A DNA stretch of 37,142 bases, taken from positions 1-37,142 of the forward strand of contig CAIZXK010000739.1 of the NCBI GenBank assembly GCA_903936865.1. The letters are read 5' to 3'. Origin of the DNA: an uncultured Bacteroidales bacterium (GTDB lineage: Bacteria > Bacteroidota > Bacteroidia > Bacteroidales > JACABE01). A program made the translations under genes and the position numbers. Below are positions 26,765 through 36,707 of the stretch, in pieces (position 1 is the stretch's first letter; each line of letters begins with the position of its first letter). Under the pieces are notes generated by a model. The model saw nothing but the letters and a program-made list of their open reading frames with translations. It searched no databases and was not told the DNA's origin.

Positions 26765-29700
26765 CTATTTGAGATTTAGTTTTTCAATCAAAAAATCTAC
26801 AAAAGTATCAATATCACTTCCTGTTTTAATTAAACTACGTGGTATTGTAGCTTTAATATCTCCATCAATTGTAATTTCATTCTCCAAATCCCTTTCTATA
26901 ATTATATTTTTCATTAAAGGTTCTAATTCTTCGCCTATTGAATTAAGAATTTTGATTCTATCAATTATTGAAATAATATCTTCAACTTTATATCTCTCAT
27001 CATCTTGACCAACTTTGTAATCAGACATCTCAACACAACATAATGAGTATTTATCTTTATTATTTATTGCATTAGTAACTTGGTTTTTGCTCATTCTTAT
27101 TGGGTTATCTTTGTTCCATCTTGATTTGACTTCGATATAATATACGATGATTTCATTTATCTTAATTATAAAATCTTGTCCATCTTGTTTTTCTTCAACT
27201 ATTACATTAAAAGATTCAATATCGTGACCAATTTTTTCACGAATTAAATCTTCTATATGCACTCCAATTTTCTTCTTAAACTCGAAATCAAAATTTTCAA
27301 CTTTTTCCTGAATTAATGCATTTTTTCCAAGTTCAATAATTCTTTCAAGATTCGAAAGTTTAGCCAATTTGCCTAATAATGAAATTCTTGATTTATCTTC
27401 CAATCCTATAATGTTAAATAAATCATTCTTAACATCGTTATCTGAAATTTTTGCCATCATTATTAATGCTCGCTTATCGCTTAATGTTGGAAAAAAATTT
27501 GCCCATTCTTCATTATCTGTTATTTTTCTAACTATTTCAAAGATATGAGAACAATAAGTGTGGTCATTAATTTCGGCATAATCACCGGCTTCTTTAAATA
27601 CCTGTTCTAATTTACTTGATAATTCAAGTCCAGTTCTAACATTCCTTTCTGGTAATAAATCTGCAAAATCATTTAAAACTAGTTCATTTTTAACTTTCCC
27701 AACAATATTCTCATAAATCTTTTTTAAATATTCATTATCAGTTATTTTTAATGGGAAAAGCTCTTCAACTTTTAAAGTTGCTTGAGTACACAATTCATAA
27801 TTTTGATTAGGAAAGATTGGCAAAGTTTTAATTAAATCCTCAATATTACTGTTTTTTGCAATTATCTGTAAACACTCTTTATAAAATGCAATATTTTTTT
27901 CTAACCAATTTTCATATTTACTATCAATATCACATCTTGCTATTATTTCAAAGAAAAAATTCTTAACCAAAACTCTAAATGGAGTATAATCAAAATCAAA
28001 CTTATCGTCTTCTATATTTTGAAAGAAACCTTCTGTGTAAGTTAAATTATAAAATTCACAAATCTTTGGAATTAATTGTTTCCTATAACTTGGACCACCA
28101 ATACTTGGAGCAAAATAGCTACAAAGTTTAATTAATGCATTTCTAATATCTTGATTTAGTAAATTATCTTTATTGATGTTTATCTCAAGCAGTTTTGTAT
28201 TAAAGTCCTGTGATAATTTATATCTATTATATAAATTAAACAATTGTCCCAATTCAAAATCCTTATTAACGAATTTTCTTGGAACATCAGGAATTATTAT
28301 GTCTGCTATTTCAATAAATTCAACAGGGATATTTACTGATTTATAAAGAGTAATCTTTTCTGCAAATTCATTTTTTATATTCGGCAACAATTTATAATTA
28401 TCAAAGTATTCAATTTCATTTATTTCAATCAAATATTTATAAAAATCTGCTAATACTAATTGATCAAAATCATTCAAATTAATTTTTTCTTCAATACTTT
28501 CTACAATATCTTTAATATAAATCCTTTCAATTGATTCATTTTCACCCCACTCATTAATTATTTTTGTCCAATCTTTGCTTATTTCCTTTTGAGGTATACA
28601 GTCCCAAAAAAAGGATATAATTGAATAGATCGAATTATAATAATTACTATTCTTTAAAAGTTCATCATCTATAAAATATGCGTCTTTTGGTGTTATTCTG
28701 TCTTTATTGGTCTCTACAAGTATGTAAGTAATAAATTTATTAACCCATTTTTCTTTAAGCTTAATAAAATATTCATTTAATGATGACTTATCTGTTTCAA
28801 TATTAAAATTTATATAAGCTAGATTAATAGGGTTTGTAATTGATTCTGCATTTTGTTCTATAAATGCAAAAATTAGTTCTGAAGCATCTTCTATTATTTG
28901 ACGATTATTTTCTTCTTTTTCTTTTGTCTGATCATTTTTACTATTTAAATAAATACCGTCTCTTGCTTCGAGTGGTGCAAAATGGATTGAGTTAACAATA
29001 AAATTCCAACCCCAATTCTCAGTACCTATCAGTGGAAAATATAAAAATAATTTTGCAATTGAATCTTCGATTAATTTTGTCTCTTCTAATGATACTAGAG
29101 GTAATATAATTTCTATAGATTCATCTTTAGACTTTAAATAAAATATATGATGTTCAGAACCATTTATTTCAATTGTTAACTTATTTTGAGTAGTTGTATT
29201 TTCTATATTAGTCCTCTTATATTCTGTAATTACTCCATCATTATTAATTACTTTTATAACTTTTATTTTCCTGTTCAATGCCATTACTATAGGAGCATAA
29301 TGACCTAAATCTTTTTGAGCAATAATAACATTGGTTTTCTCGTATTCTGTTTCTGAAAAATAGGTAAATGTTGTTGTTGGATTTTCAACTGAAAGTATTT
29401 TTCCCTCATCAATTAAACTATAAACATTATTCTGTTGGTTGGTCAATTTTCTTACTAACTCAGTTGAATCTTTAGCTTGTCTATCAATTAAAAAATCTTT
29501 AATCTCTATTAAATTTTCAAACGCATCCAGAAATGAATTAATTTTAAATTTCTTTCCAAAAGAATGTGTTGTAATAAAGCCAGTGCCAAATTGTCCTACT
29601 TCTTCTGAATTTTTATCAGGTGTTTTTGAACTAACCTGTTTTATTAGTGAAATAAGTGTATTTGAAGTAAAAGGTTTCCCTTTATGTGAAAATGTGAAAG

Positions 29701-29917
29701 AACCGTTGCTAAAATCAATTGTAATCTCACATGAGTCTGATAAGTCAGAAGCATTTTGTACTAATTCCCAAATTGCTCTTCTAGCATGAGATTCATCTAA
29801 TTTCTCAAATCCTTGAATTAATTTATCAGCATGTTGTTTCATATCTGCTACTGCTGATTCATCTTTAGCTCTTATAACAGCTTGTTGTCTTTGCAATTCA
29901 AAAAATTCTACTTCCAT
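26765..29917 (-). CDS. GHKL (Hsp90/sacsin-like) ATPase fused to a C-terminal DUF3883/NOV_C-like PD-(D/E)XK nuclease
   Basis: RRAIWELVQNASD, FSHKGKPF, GQFGTGFITTH, LFLYFPL, VNSIHF; C-terminal DGQDFII..YYIEVKSRW..MSKNQ. Confidence 0.82.
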   Translation of the reverse strand: MEVEFFELQRQQAVIRAKDESAVADMKQHADKLIQGFEKLDESHARRAIWELVQNASDLSDSCEITIDFSNGSFTFSHKGKPFTSNTLISLIKQVSSKTPDKNSEEVGQFGTGFITTHSFGKKFKINSFLDAFENLIEIKDFLIDRQAKDSTELVRKLTNQQNNVYSLIDEGKILSVENPTTTFTYFSETEYEKTNVIIAQKDLGHYAPIVMALNRKIKVIKVINNDGVITEYKRTNIENTTTQNKLTIEINGSEHHIFYLKSKDESIEIILPLVSLEETKLIEDSIAKLFLYFPLIGTENWGWNFIVNSIHFAPLEARDGIYLNSKNDQTKEKEENNRQIIEDASELIFAFIEQNAESITNPINLAYINFNIETDKSSLNEYFIKLKEKWVNKFITYILVETNKDRITPKDAYFIDDELLKNSNYYNSIYSIISFFWDCIPQKEISKDWTKIINEWGENESIERIYIKDIVESIEEKINLNDFDQLVLADFYKYLIEINEIEYFDNYKLLPNIKNEFAEKITLYKSVNIPVEFIEIADIIIPDVPRKFVNKDFELGQLFNLYNRYKLSQDFNTKLLEININKDNLLNQDIRNALIKLCSYFAPSIGGPSYRKQLIPKICEFYNLTYTEGFFQNIEDDKFDFDYTPFRVLVKNFFFEIIARCDIDSKYENWLEKNIAFYKECLQIIAKNSNIEDLIKTLPIFPNQNYELCTQATLKVEELFPLKITDNEYLKKIYENIVGKVKNELVLNDFADLLPERNVRTGLELSSKLEQVFKEAGDYAEINDHTYCSHIFEIVRKITDNEEWANFFPTLSDKRALIMMAKISDNDVKNDLFNIIGLEDKSRISLLGKLAKLSNLERIIELGKNALIQEKVENFDFEFKKKIGVHIEDLIREKIGHDIESFNVIVEEKQDGQDFIIKINEIIVYYIEVKSRWNKDNPIRMSKNQVTNAINNKDKYSLCCVEMSDYKVGQDDERYKVEDIISIIDRIKILNSIGEELEPLMKNIIIERDLENEITIDGDIKATIPRSLIKTGSDIDTFVDFLIEKLNLK

Positions 29918-30033
29918 TTTTAATTTTTTAAAATTATCCTATTTATATTTTCCGACTTCCAATCCATTTATAAAACTCGCTTTGTTCTTTTTAAACTTCT
30001 ATAATACAATAAAATTCATAGGCTTACAATATT

Positions 30034-30094
30034 TTACCTAAAACTTTATATTATACAACCCGCAATACCAGTCTGCCCATTAATTAAGGGCTGG
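30034..30094. other. Second degenerate dif/Xer-like site with a downstream hairpin
   Basis: TTACCTAAAAC-TTTATA-TTATACAACCC, then CCAG..GCCC-attaattaa-GGGC-TGG. Confidence 0.25.
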
Positions 30095-30125
30095 AATGAT
30101 TTGTTGTTTAACTACTCAAATATTT

Positions 30126-31052
30126 CTATTCTTTTTTAATAATTCTCTCATATTTGGCCAATGCCTTATCAAGTGCAATTTTCTCACATTGTTCAATTCT
30201 TTCCCATTCATTGGGATCGTCAGAATACAAGGTGTTTAAATAAGCATTTTTGTAGTATTCCATAAATTTACCGTAACTTTTTAGTTTATTTTCAGTTGCA
30301 TATTCCCATGCATTTATGTGTGCTTTTGCTTTAGCTTTTGCGAAATCGAGCGATTCTTCATCATTCGAAATGCCATACCTTCTTTTTACATCGACCAGCT
30401 CATTTGCGTATTGATAGGCATATTCCATTGCATATTCTTCGTTTTTGCCATTATTTATCGATTCTTCATAGATATAGGCGTAATCATCGCAAAATAAGTG
30501 GTGATAACCATTGATTAGCCAATCAGCATATTGATAAGCATATAATTTAGATTTGCCTTTACTAATTTTCCCATTATAATTCAAAACAAATTTTTCAACA
30601 TCTTTTTCAATTGACCTATCACCAAAACGATCTCCAGTTGATATTCGTTTTAAAAAATAGTCGATGAACAATTGATCGCGTTTAGTTATTTTGAAATAAT
30701 TCATTAAATCGGCATCGGCTTGTTGCTTGTCTTGTTCTTCAGAGGCTTCGAAGCACGACATTAATAGGTTACTGTTATCAAATGAGATTTTAGATTCTGC
30801 ATATTTTATGCTCCAAGTAATACTAAATCCTTCATTTCTTCTTTTCGAATAATAGTTTGTGTGCTCAATGGGAACTATGAGTAAAGAGGCAGCTGTATCC
30901 TCATTTTCGATTTCATCATCCTGTTCCAATTCTGTAAGAAAAAGATCCAAGTACCTTATAAACTCCTTGAAACTGTCTTCGTTATATTCATTTAGGCTCA
31001 CAGCTTGTTCGAGTGCTTCCTTGCCGATATATTTTTCAATTATTGGTGTCAT
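30126..31052 (-). CDS. Hypothetical acidic protein with YAxxYA helical repeats
   Basis: 308 aa; YAYQYADW, YAYIYEES, YAMEYAYQYANE. Confidence 0.75.
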   Translation of the reverse strand: MTPIIEKYIGKEALEQAVSLNEYNEDSFKEFIRYLDLFLTELEQDDEIENEDTAASLLIVPIEHTNYYSKRRNEGFSITWSIKYAESKISFDNSNLLMSCFEASEEQDKQQADADLMNYFKITKRDQLFIDYFLKRISTGDRFGDRSIEKDVEKFVLNYNGKISKGKSKLYAYQYADWLINGYHHLFCDDYAYIYEESINNGKNEEYAMEYAYQYANELVDVKRRYGISNDEESLDFAKAKAKAHINAWEYATENKLKSYGKFMEYYKNAYLNTLYSDDPNEWERIEQCEKIALDKALAKYERIIKKE

Positions 31053-31068
31053 AGGTTTATTTATTAAT

Positions 31069-32307
31069 TTAATTTATTTTTATTTTCCCCGTTACCGCAC
31101 TATTTATCAATACACTCTTATACTCCTTCAGCTTTTCTATCTCCTTTTCTTTTAAAGAAATGGCTGTAGCAATTTTTGTTGTTGCAACATCAATATAATC
31201 AGCAATTCCAATTTGTTCATTAAAAGGTGGTATAGCAATAATGTGATTGTTTAAATCACTTTGTGTCATACTAGGTAAAGCTGTTGCTGTACTATATAAT
31301 TTAAATGGAATTGTTGTTGCAACATAATATAGAAATCTTGTATTATTATCATTTTTAGAAATTGCATAAAACATAGTATCAACCGCCCAAAATTTTCCAT
31401 TAAAATATAAAGGTTTGTCAATTGTCCCTTTTCTACCTAAAAAAACTACCTCACCATCATACATATATTCGGATGCATAAGCAAACTGTCCACCAGAACC
31501 TATTACAGGAAAACCTTCGTCTGTTTGAATATGTTTGTAATCTGAGCCATTATTTATATTAAGTACATACTTCAACCTCTTCACCTCCCAATGTTCAGGT
31601 ATTTCTCCAATCCATTCCACACCACTGTCTTTCATTTTTACATCAGGATTTAACCCTCGGGTAACAGCATTATGGATAAGTATCTGTCTGCGTTCTTTAA
31701 GTAATTCTATTTGCTTTTGTTTGATGGCTATGGCTTTATCAATTAAAGCAGTTTTATTGTCAAGAAAGGTGGCAATGGCGGTTTGTTCTGATAGGGGTGG
31801 GACAAATGATCTGAATGAAAAGAAATTATCTTTTGAAATGGTATTTCTTAAACCTGTATAAAGCGGTTTCATTCTTTTGTCAGCATCTAAATTTAGGTAG
31901 AAATAGTATAGAAAACCTTTGTCAAAGTTTTCATCGGGTTGCATTACAGTATATGCACCAGTAATCATTCCATCAAAACCAGACAAACCAACTGTTCTTG
32001 GAGTTTCTTCTACATCAAACAAACAGAATATAAAATCCCCTTTTTTTACTTCCTGATAAGTATTAAACTCTGCAGGAAACTTACCTTGAGGATTTTCCAT
32101 ATCTCGTTTAATAACCCCATTTAATGTTAATGAGAGTAATACAAAATCAGATGATTTCTTCCCAACCTGATTTTTCTTTAATTTGAAAATATATTTATTT
32201 GCTAATGTTTCCCAATGTTCCGGAATTTCTCCCAGCCAATCAACACCAGATGGTTTGTAAGTTGGATATTTTTCAAATTTTACTTTTCTCAATACTGCTT
32301 CCATCAT
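31069..32307 (-). CDS. hsdS: Type I R-M specificity subunit
   Basis: Two conserved blocks KPSGVDWLGEIPEHWE and KDSGVEWIGEIPEHWE, PPLSEQ and PPFNEQ, LINSAVTGKI; start overlaps the hsdM stop. Confidence 0.95.
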   Translation of the reverse strand: MMEAVLRKVKFEKYPTYKPSGVDWLGEIPEHWETLANKYIFKLKKNQVGKKSSDFVLLSLTLNGVIKRDMENPQGKFPAEFNTYQEVKKGDFIFCLFDVEETPRTVGLSGFDGMITGAYTVMQPDENFDKGFLYYFYLNLDADKRMKPLYTGLRNTISKDNFFSFRSFVPPLSEQTAIATFLDNKTALIDKAIAIKQKQIELLKERRQILIHNAVTRGLNPDVKMKDSGVEWIGEIPEHWEVKRLKYVLNINNGSDYKHIQTDEGFPVIGSGGQFAYASEYMYDGEVVFLGRKGTIDKPLYFNGKFWAVDTMFYAISKNDNNTRFLYYVATTIPFKLYSTATALPSMTQSDLNNHIIAIPPFNEQIGIADYIDVATTKIATAISLKEKEIEKLKEYKSVLINSAVTGKIKIN

Positions 32308-34652
32308 TTCAGGTTTAAAATTTCACGAATCAAACCTTCACTTTCTTCTTCCAATGCTAAAATATCGGCTGTAACTTCCTCAATATTCCGCAAAGCTTTG
32401 TGACGATAGAAGTATTTATTAAAGCTGATTTCATAACCAATTTTGGTTGCATCAATATTAATCCATGCTTCTTCCACATGAGGTTTCACTTCACGTAAAA
32501 AGTAAGTATAAATATTTTCTTTTAATGGAACATTTTCGGTATCACGCAAATCGCTTTCGGTTTCATATTCTATGTATTCGCCTTTTTTACCTGTGTAGAA
32601 ATATCCATAATCGGCTAACTGGCTTTCATTACAACCCAATTGTTGCAATAAATTCTCTAATTTTTCTCCGCTTAATTTATGGATTGCTTTTATCACTTTT
32701 TCAGCATTGGCATCATACCAACTTAATGTATTTAGCATAGTATTCTTTTCAGAAGCAGAAAGTTTAATACCTCTGTTTTTTAATTCTAAATCAACTTTCG
32801 AGCGAAAAACATTAAAATCATTAAATTCTTCTCGTCCAACACCATATCCTAAAAATGCTACATTAATCATTAATTCCGATTGCTTTTGCCAGGTATCAGG
32901 GTTTACAATGGCTTTAAGTTGTCTGGCATTTAAATTCAATTCCTGTTTTTCGCACCAATCCAGTATGCTTCTTTCGTGTTTTGCCAAATTGGAATATACT
33001 TCTTCTCCAAACTGCTCATAAGCCCACTTCATTGGCTCCAACAAGGTTTTATCATATCTCAATTCTTCTATTCTTTCTTTTGTAAACTGAGCTTTTAAGC
33101 GTTTGGGTCTTTCTATGCAAACTTTATAATATCCAAAATCAATATTATCAAATAGTTGCGAAGCTATGCCTTCGTCAGCAGTTCGTTCAATAGCTTGCAT
33201 TTTGGTATAAACATCTACAATTTCGCGGATATGTTCGGGAGCAAATTCGCAATTTTTGGCACCTAAGTTTTTACGCAATTTCCGATACATTTGTCCGGCA
33301 TCTATCAGTTGTACTTTGCTTTTGCGATGTAATGCCTTATTATTGCTTACTATCCAGATATATGTTGTAATACCGGTGTTGTAAAATAAGTTGTTTGGCA
33401 ATTGAATAATGGCTTCCAGCCAGTCATTTTCAATAATATATCTGCGGATATTGCTTTCGCCACCACCTGCATCACCAGTAAACAAACTGCTGCCATTGTG
33501 AACAGATGCGATACGGCTGCCTTGCAAACTCTGACTGAGTGGTTTCATCTTATTTACCATTTCCATCAGAAACAGCAATTGTCCGTCCGAAGAACGGGGC
33601 GTTGCATCAGCAGCTTCTTCAATACCCCGAAAATTCTTAAGTTTAATTTCAAAACGAGGATCGATAATCTCTTTACCGTCTTTGATGTATTTCAACTCAC
33701 TCGCCCACGATTTTCCATAAGGCGGATTGGAAAGCATAAAATCAAATTTTGTACCTGCAAATTCATCAGTGGATAGGGTAGAGCCAACCCGTATATTTTC
33801 AGGATTATTACCCTTAATCATCATATCCGATTTGCAGATGGCGTAGGTTTCATCATTAATTTCTTTACCATAGAGATAAACATCGCCTTTTGCAGAAATT
33901 TCACCTTCTTCATCCTTCACAAAATTCTGCGATTCGGTAAGCATACCCCCACTGCCGCAAGCCGGATCATAAATGGTCATTACCGGAGGAAGCATTTCTT
34001 TAACCGGCTCAAAAACAATATGTGTCATTAGGTCAATTACTTCACGCGGTGTAAAGTGTTCTCCGGCTTCTTCGTTATTTTCTTCGTTAAATTTGCGGAT
34101 CAATTCTTCGAAAACATAACCCATTCCCAAATTGGATAAAGCTGGTAATTTTCTTCCATCTGTATCGTTTTTCTCAAAAGGAGTAAGATTGATATTAGGA
34201 GATGTAAATTTTTCCAACACATTAAGCAGCACATCTTTTGCTGCCATGTGGCGTATCTGGCTTTTAAGTTTGAATTTGTCAATAATCTCTTTTACATTGG
34301 CACTAAAGCCATTCAGATAATCTTCGAAATTTGCCTGTAATATCTGCTGGCTATTGGTAGCAGTGTCGTGTAAACGTTGCAAGGTCCATTCACTGGTATT
34401 GTGAAAAACATAGCCCGAAGCATCCCTTAATCCATTTTCGTCCCATTCGGTAAATTTAGCTTCATCGCGTTGAAAAGCCAGTTCTTCCAAAACAGCTTCT
34501 TTGGTAGGTTCAAGTAAAGCATCCAAACGACGGAGCACTACCATCGGCAGTATTACATCACGGTATTTTCCTCTTACATAAATATCCCGCAAGCAATCAT
34601 CAGCAATCGACCAAATAAAAGAGACTAATTTATTGTGTGAAGCAGTGTTCAT
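32304..34652 (-). CDS. hsdM: Type I R-M N6-adenine methyltransferase subunit
   Basis: FIWSIADDCLRD, AGEHFTPREVI, YDPACGSGGML (SAM binding), SNPPYG (catalytic), LFYNTGITTYIW. Confidence 0.96.
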   Translation of the reverse strand: MNTASHNKLVSFIWSIADDCLRDIYVRGKYRDVILPMVVLRRLDALLEPTKEAVLEELAFQRDEAKFTEWDENGLRDASGYVFHNTSEWTLQRLHDTATNSQQILQANFEDYLNGFSANVKEIIDKFKLKSQIRHMAAKDVLLNVLEKFTSPNINLTPFEKNDTDGRKLPALSNLGMGYVFEELIRKFNEENNEEAGEHFTPREVIDLMTHIVFEPVKEMLPPVMTIYDPACGSGGMLTESQNFVKDEEGEISAKGDVYLYGKEINDETYAICKSDMMIKGNNPENIRVGSTLSTDEFAGTKFDFMLSNPPYGKSWASELKYIKDGKEIIDPRFEIKLKNFRGIEEAADATPRSSDGQLLFLMEMVNKMKPLSQSLQGSRIASVHNGSSLFTGDAGGGESNIRRYIIENDWLEAIIQLPNNLFYNTGITTYIWIVSNNKALHRKSKVQLIDAGQMYRKLRKNLGAKNCEFAPEHIREIVDVYTKMQAIERTADEGIASQLFDNIDFGYYKVCIERPKRLKAQFTKERIEELRYDKTLLEPMKWAYEQFGEEVYSNLAKHERSILDWCEKQELNLNARQLKAIVNPDTWQKQSELMINVAFLGYGVGREEFNDFNVFRSKVDLELKNRGIKLSASEKNTMLNTLSWYDANAEKVIKAIHKLSGEKLENLLQQLGCNESQLADYGYFYTGKKGEYIEYETESDLRDTENVPLKENIYTYFLREVKPHVEEAWINIDATKIGYEISFNKYFYRHKALRNIEEVTADILALEEESEGLIREILNLK

Positions 34653-34667
34653 ATTTTATTTTAATAA

Positions 34668-36551
34668 TTAATTTTTAAGTATTTCCTGATTAAATTCCAA
34701 GTTAATATCATCAATGTCAATTTCATCCATTTCAAAATTTGGAATGGATTCGATTTCCTGTTCAGTTATGGTTTTGTCAATTTCTTTATTCATTGCTATG
34801 CTAATCAATTTTAAAATATTTTTCTTTCTATCTTCAAAAAAAGCATAAAAATCATCTGAGTAAATGGCTTCAGCATTAATTAAATGTGTTTTAAGTAATT
34901 CACTCAACCCATTTTTATCAGTTTCAAGTCTGTTTTCGAGTCTGGGTAAATAACTCGAAGGTGCATCACCTCCGATTATTCTGTTAGTACGTGCAGAAAG
35001 AGGAGTTTTGTTAATGATACAATCAAAATCATTTGATGGAATATTGTTTTCAGCTTTCAAACACCAGTTTTTAGGAAATATATGGTGAATGTCAATAGAT
35101 TCAGCAAAATAATTAGTAAAACCTATAGTACTGCCATCAATCCAGTCTTTAGCCTGTTCATTCATAAATAAAGCATAAATGCCTTTATAAGCAGCACTAT
35201 TTCTGGTTCTTAAAGTATGTAATCTGCTGGGATTAAAACTCGCATCATAAATGGTTTTTACATCATTAATGCTTATTTCGTTATTAATCCATGCGATTAG
35301 TTGCGGAAAATCGAGTGCATACCTGGTTTCATTGGCTCCTCCATACAACTCGCCGAAAACACCACACCAATACCATTGCATTATCTTTTTCTTAATGCTT
35401 ATATTATCAGCTTCATCGCCAAGTATAGCATAAACAGCACTTAATGGAACCAATTGTGAATTATAAGGTAGATCATCAGCTTTAAAAATATAATATTGAT
35501 TTAGTAATTTAGCTGCTTTGATATATCCATTTTTTATTTTCTCAAAATAAATCTGATAATCATTTAACTTTAAGTTTAATATTTCTTTTCTTTTAGCAGA
35601 AATTGCTGGCAACTTATCCTCTGTAACGCCTTCATTGACAGCATTTTTTCTTTTATAATAAGTAGATACTAGTGAAAGTGACTGAAGAAAATCGCTATTT
35701 CCTGTATTTTTAAGAACAGGAGATAAATTAAATTCAGATTTGATTTTACTCCAGTTTTCTCTTAAATCGAAATTATCACTGGCAAAAATAGCTGTAAGTA
35801 ATTCAAATACATTTAAAGAAACACCACCTGTATTTACTTTTTCAAAAACCTGACAAACGGCTTCTTTTGAATTTTCCTTTAATAATCTGATTATTGGTAA
35901 TTGGTAGTTATTGAAACTATTAATAATATTATTTTTAAATTTATTGAAGAAAATAATTTTCTCCCTATCATAATCCCAGTGTTCTTCATAATTCATCCTC
36001 CAGTTATCATCTTCATCTATCATGCACACAGGATACATAAGATTCTGGTATTCATATTCTGGTTTAGAAAGATCCAAAACGATTTCTCTTCCAAAGTCTC
36101 TTGTAATTTGTTTCTTTTCATTAAGTGATATTATAGCTTCTTCGACATCAGTATTTATATCGAGTGCTTTTTGCATATCTATGTAATACCATCTGTGAAT
36201 TTCCTGCCCTTTTTCATTTTTGGTTTTTACTATGTTATTTGATATAATAGTTTGATAAAGAGAAGTTATTCTTTGCTGTCCATCTAATATAAGTTCTTCA
36301 GGTTTTTTAAAATCACTTCCTGCATCAACAGATTCCACAGGACGTGTTTTAAAATTTACTGACTCGTTACCATTTTCAAGCAACATTATTGCACCAATAG
36401 GAAAAGACTTGGCAATGCTGGCAAGTAAACCTTTTATTCTGAAGTCATCCCAAATCCATCCTCTTTGAAAATCAGGTAATTGAATTTTTCCTGTATTAAC
36501 ATCTTTGAGTACATCGTAAAGTCTTCGCTTCGTAGAATCAAATAGTTCCAT
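34668..36551 (-). CDS. gmrSD: Fused GmrSD-family (DUF262 + DUF1524/HNH) modification-dependent restriction endonuclease
   Basis: IQLPDFQRGWIWD, FPIGAI, LDGQQRITS, VFEKVNTGGVSL, IDIHHIFPK..INKTPLSARTNR. Confidence 0.88.
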   Translation of the reverse strand: MELFDSTKRRLYDVLKDVNTGKIQLPDFQRGWIWDDFRIKGLLASIAKSFPIGAIMLLENGNESVNFKTRPVESVDAGSDFKKPEELILDGQQRITSLYQTIISNNIVKTKNEKGQEIHRWYYIDMQKALDINTDVEEAIISLNEKKQITRDFGREIVLDLSKPEYEYQNLMYPVCMIDEDDNWRMNYEEHWDYDREKIIFFNKFKNNIINSFNNYQLPIIRLLKENSKEAVCQVFEKVNTGGVSLNVFELLTAIFASDNFDLRENWSKIKSEFNLSPVLKNTGNSDFLQSLSLVSTYYKRKNAVNEGVTEDKLPAISAKRKEILNLKLNDYQIYFEKIKNGYIKAAKLLNQYYIFKADDLPYNSQLVPLSAVYAILGDEADNISIKKKIMQWYWCGVFGELYGGANETRYALDFPQLIAWINNEISINDVKTIYDASFNPSRLHTLRTRNSAAYKGIYALFMNEQAKDWIDGSTIGFTNYFAESIDIHHIFPKNWCLKAENNIPSNDFDCIINKTPLSARTNRIIGGDAPSSYLPRLENRLETDKNGLSELLKTHLINAEAIYSDDFYAFFEDRKKNILKLISIAMNKEIDKTITEQEIESIPNFEMDEIDIDDINLEFNQEILKN

Positions 36552-36608
36552 GAGATATATTTTAAATAATTACTAATTTTTTCTTTAAAATTGATTTTTT
36601 ATAAAAAA

Positions 36609-36639
36609 CAAACTTAGTAAATAAATCATTACAAAGTTA
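36609..36639 (-). promoter_or_regulatory. Two -7 promoter boxes upstream of the gmrSD-hsdMS operon
   Basis: Minus-strand TAACTTTG (36639-36632) and TAAGTTTG (36616-36609). Confidence 0.45.
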
Positions 36640-36707
36640 TAGAAAAGTAAATTAATTAAAAAAGACAATCAAATTAAATGATTTTTTGGTAATTTGTATT
36701 ATAACTC

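Noticed and set aside
31069-32307. hsdS shufflon or phase-variable specificity
   Set aside because: Only one hsdS, with no silent TRD copies, invertase or inverted repeats seen; the internal repeats are the normal conserved regions.
22147-36128. Short + strand ORFs opposite hsdR, hsdM, hsdS, gmrSD and the GHKL gene
   Set aside because: They lie antisense to well-supported genes and show no coding signatures.
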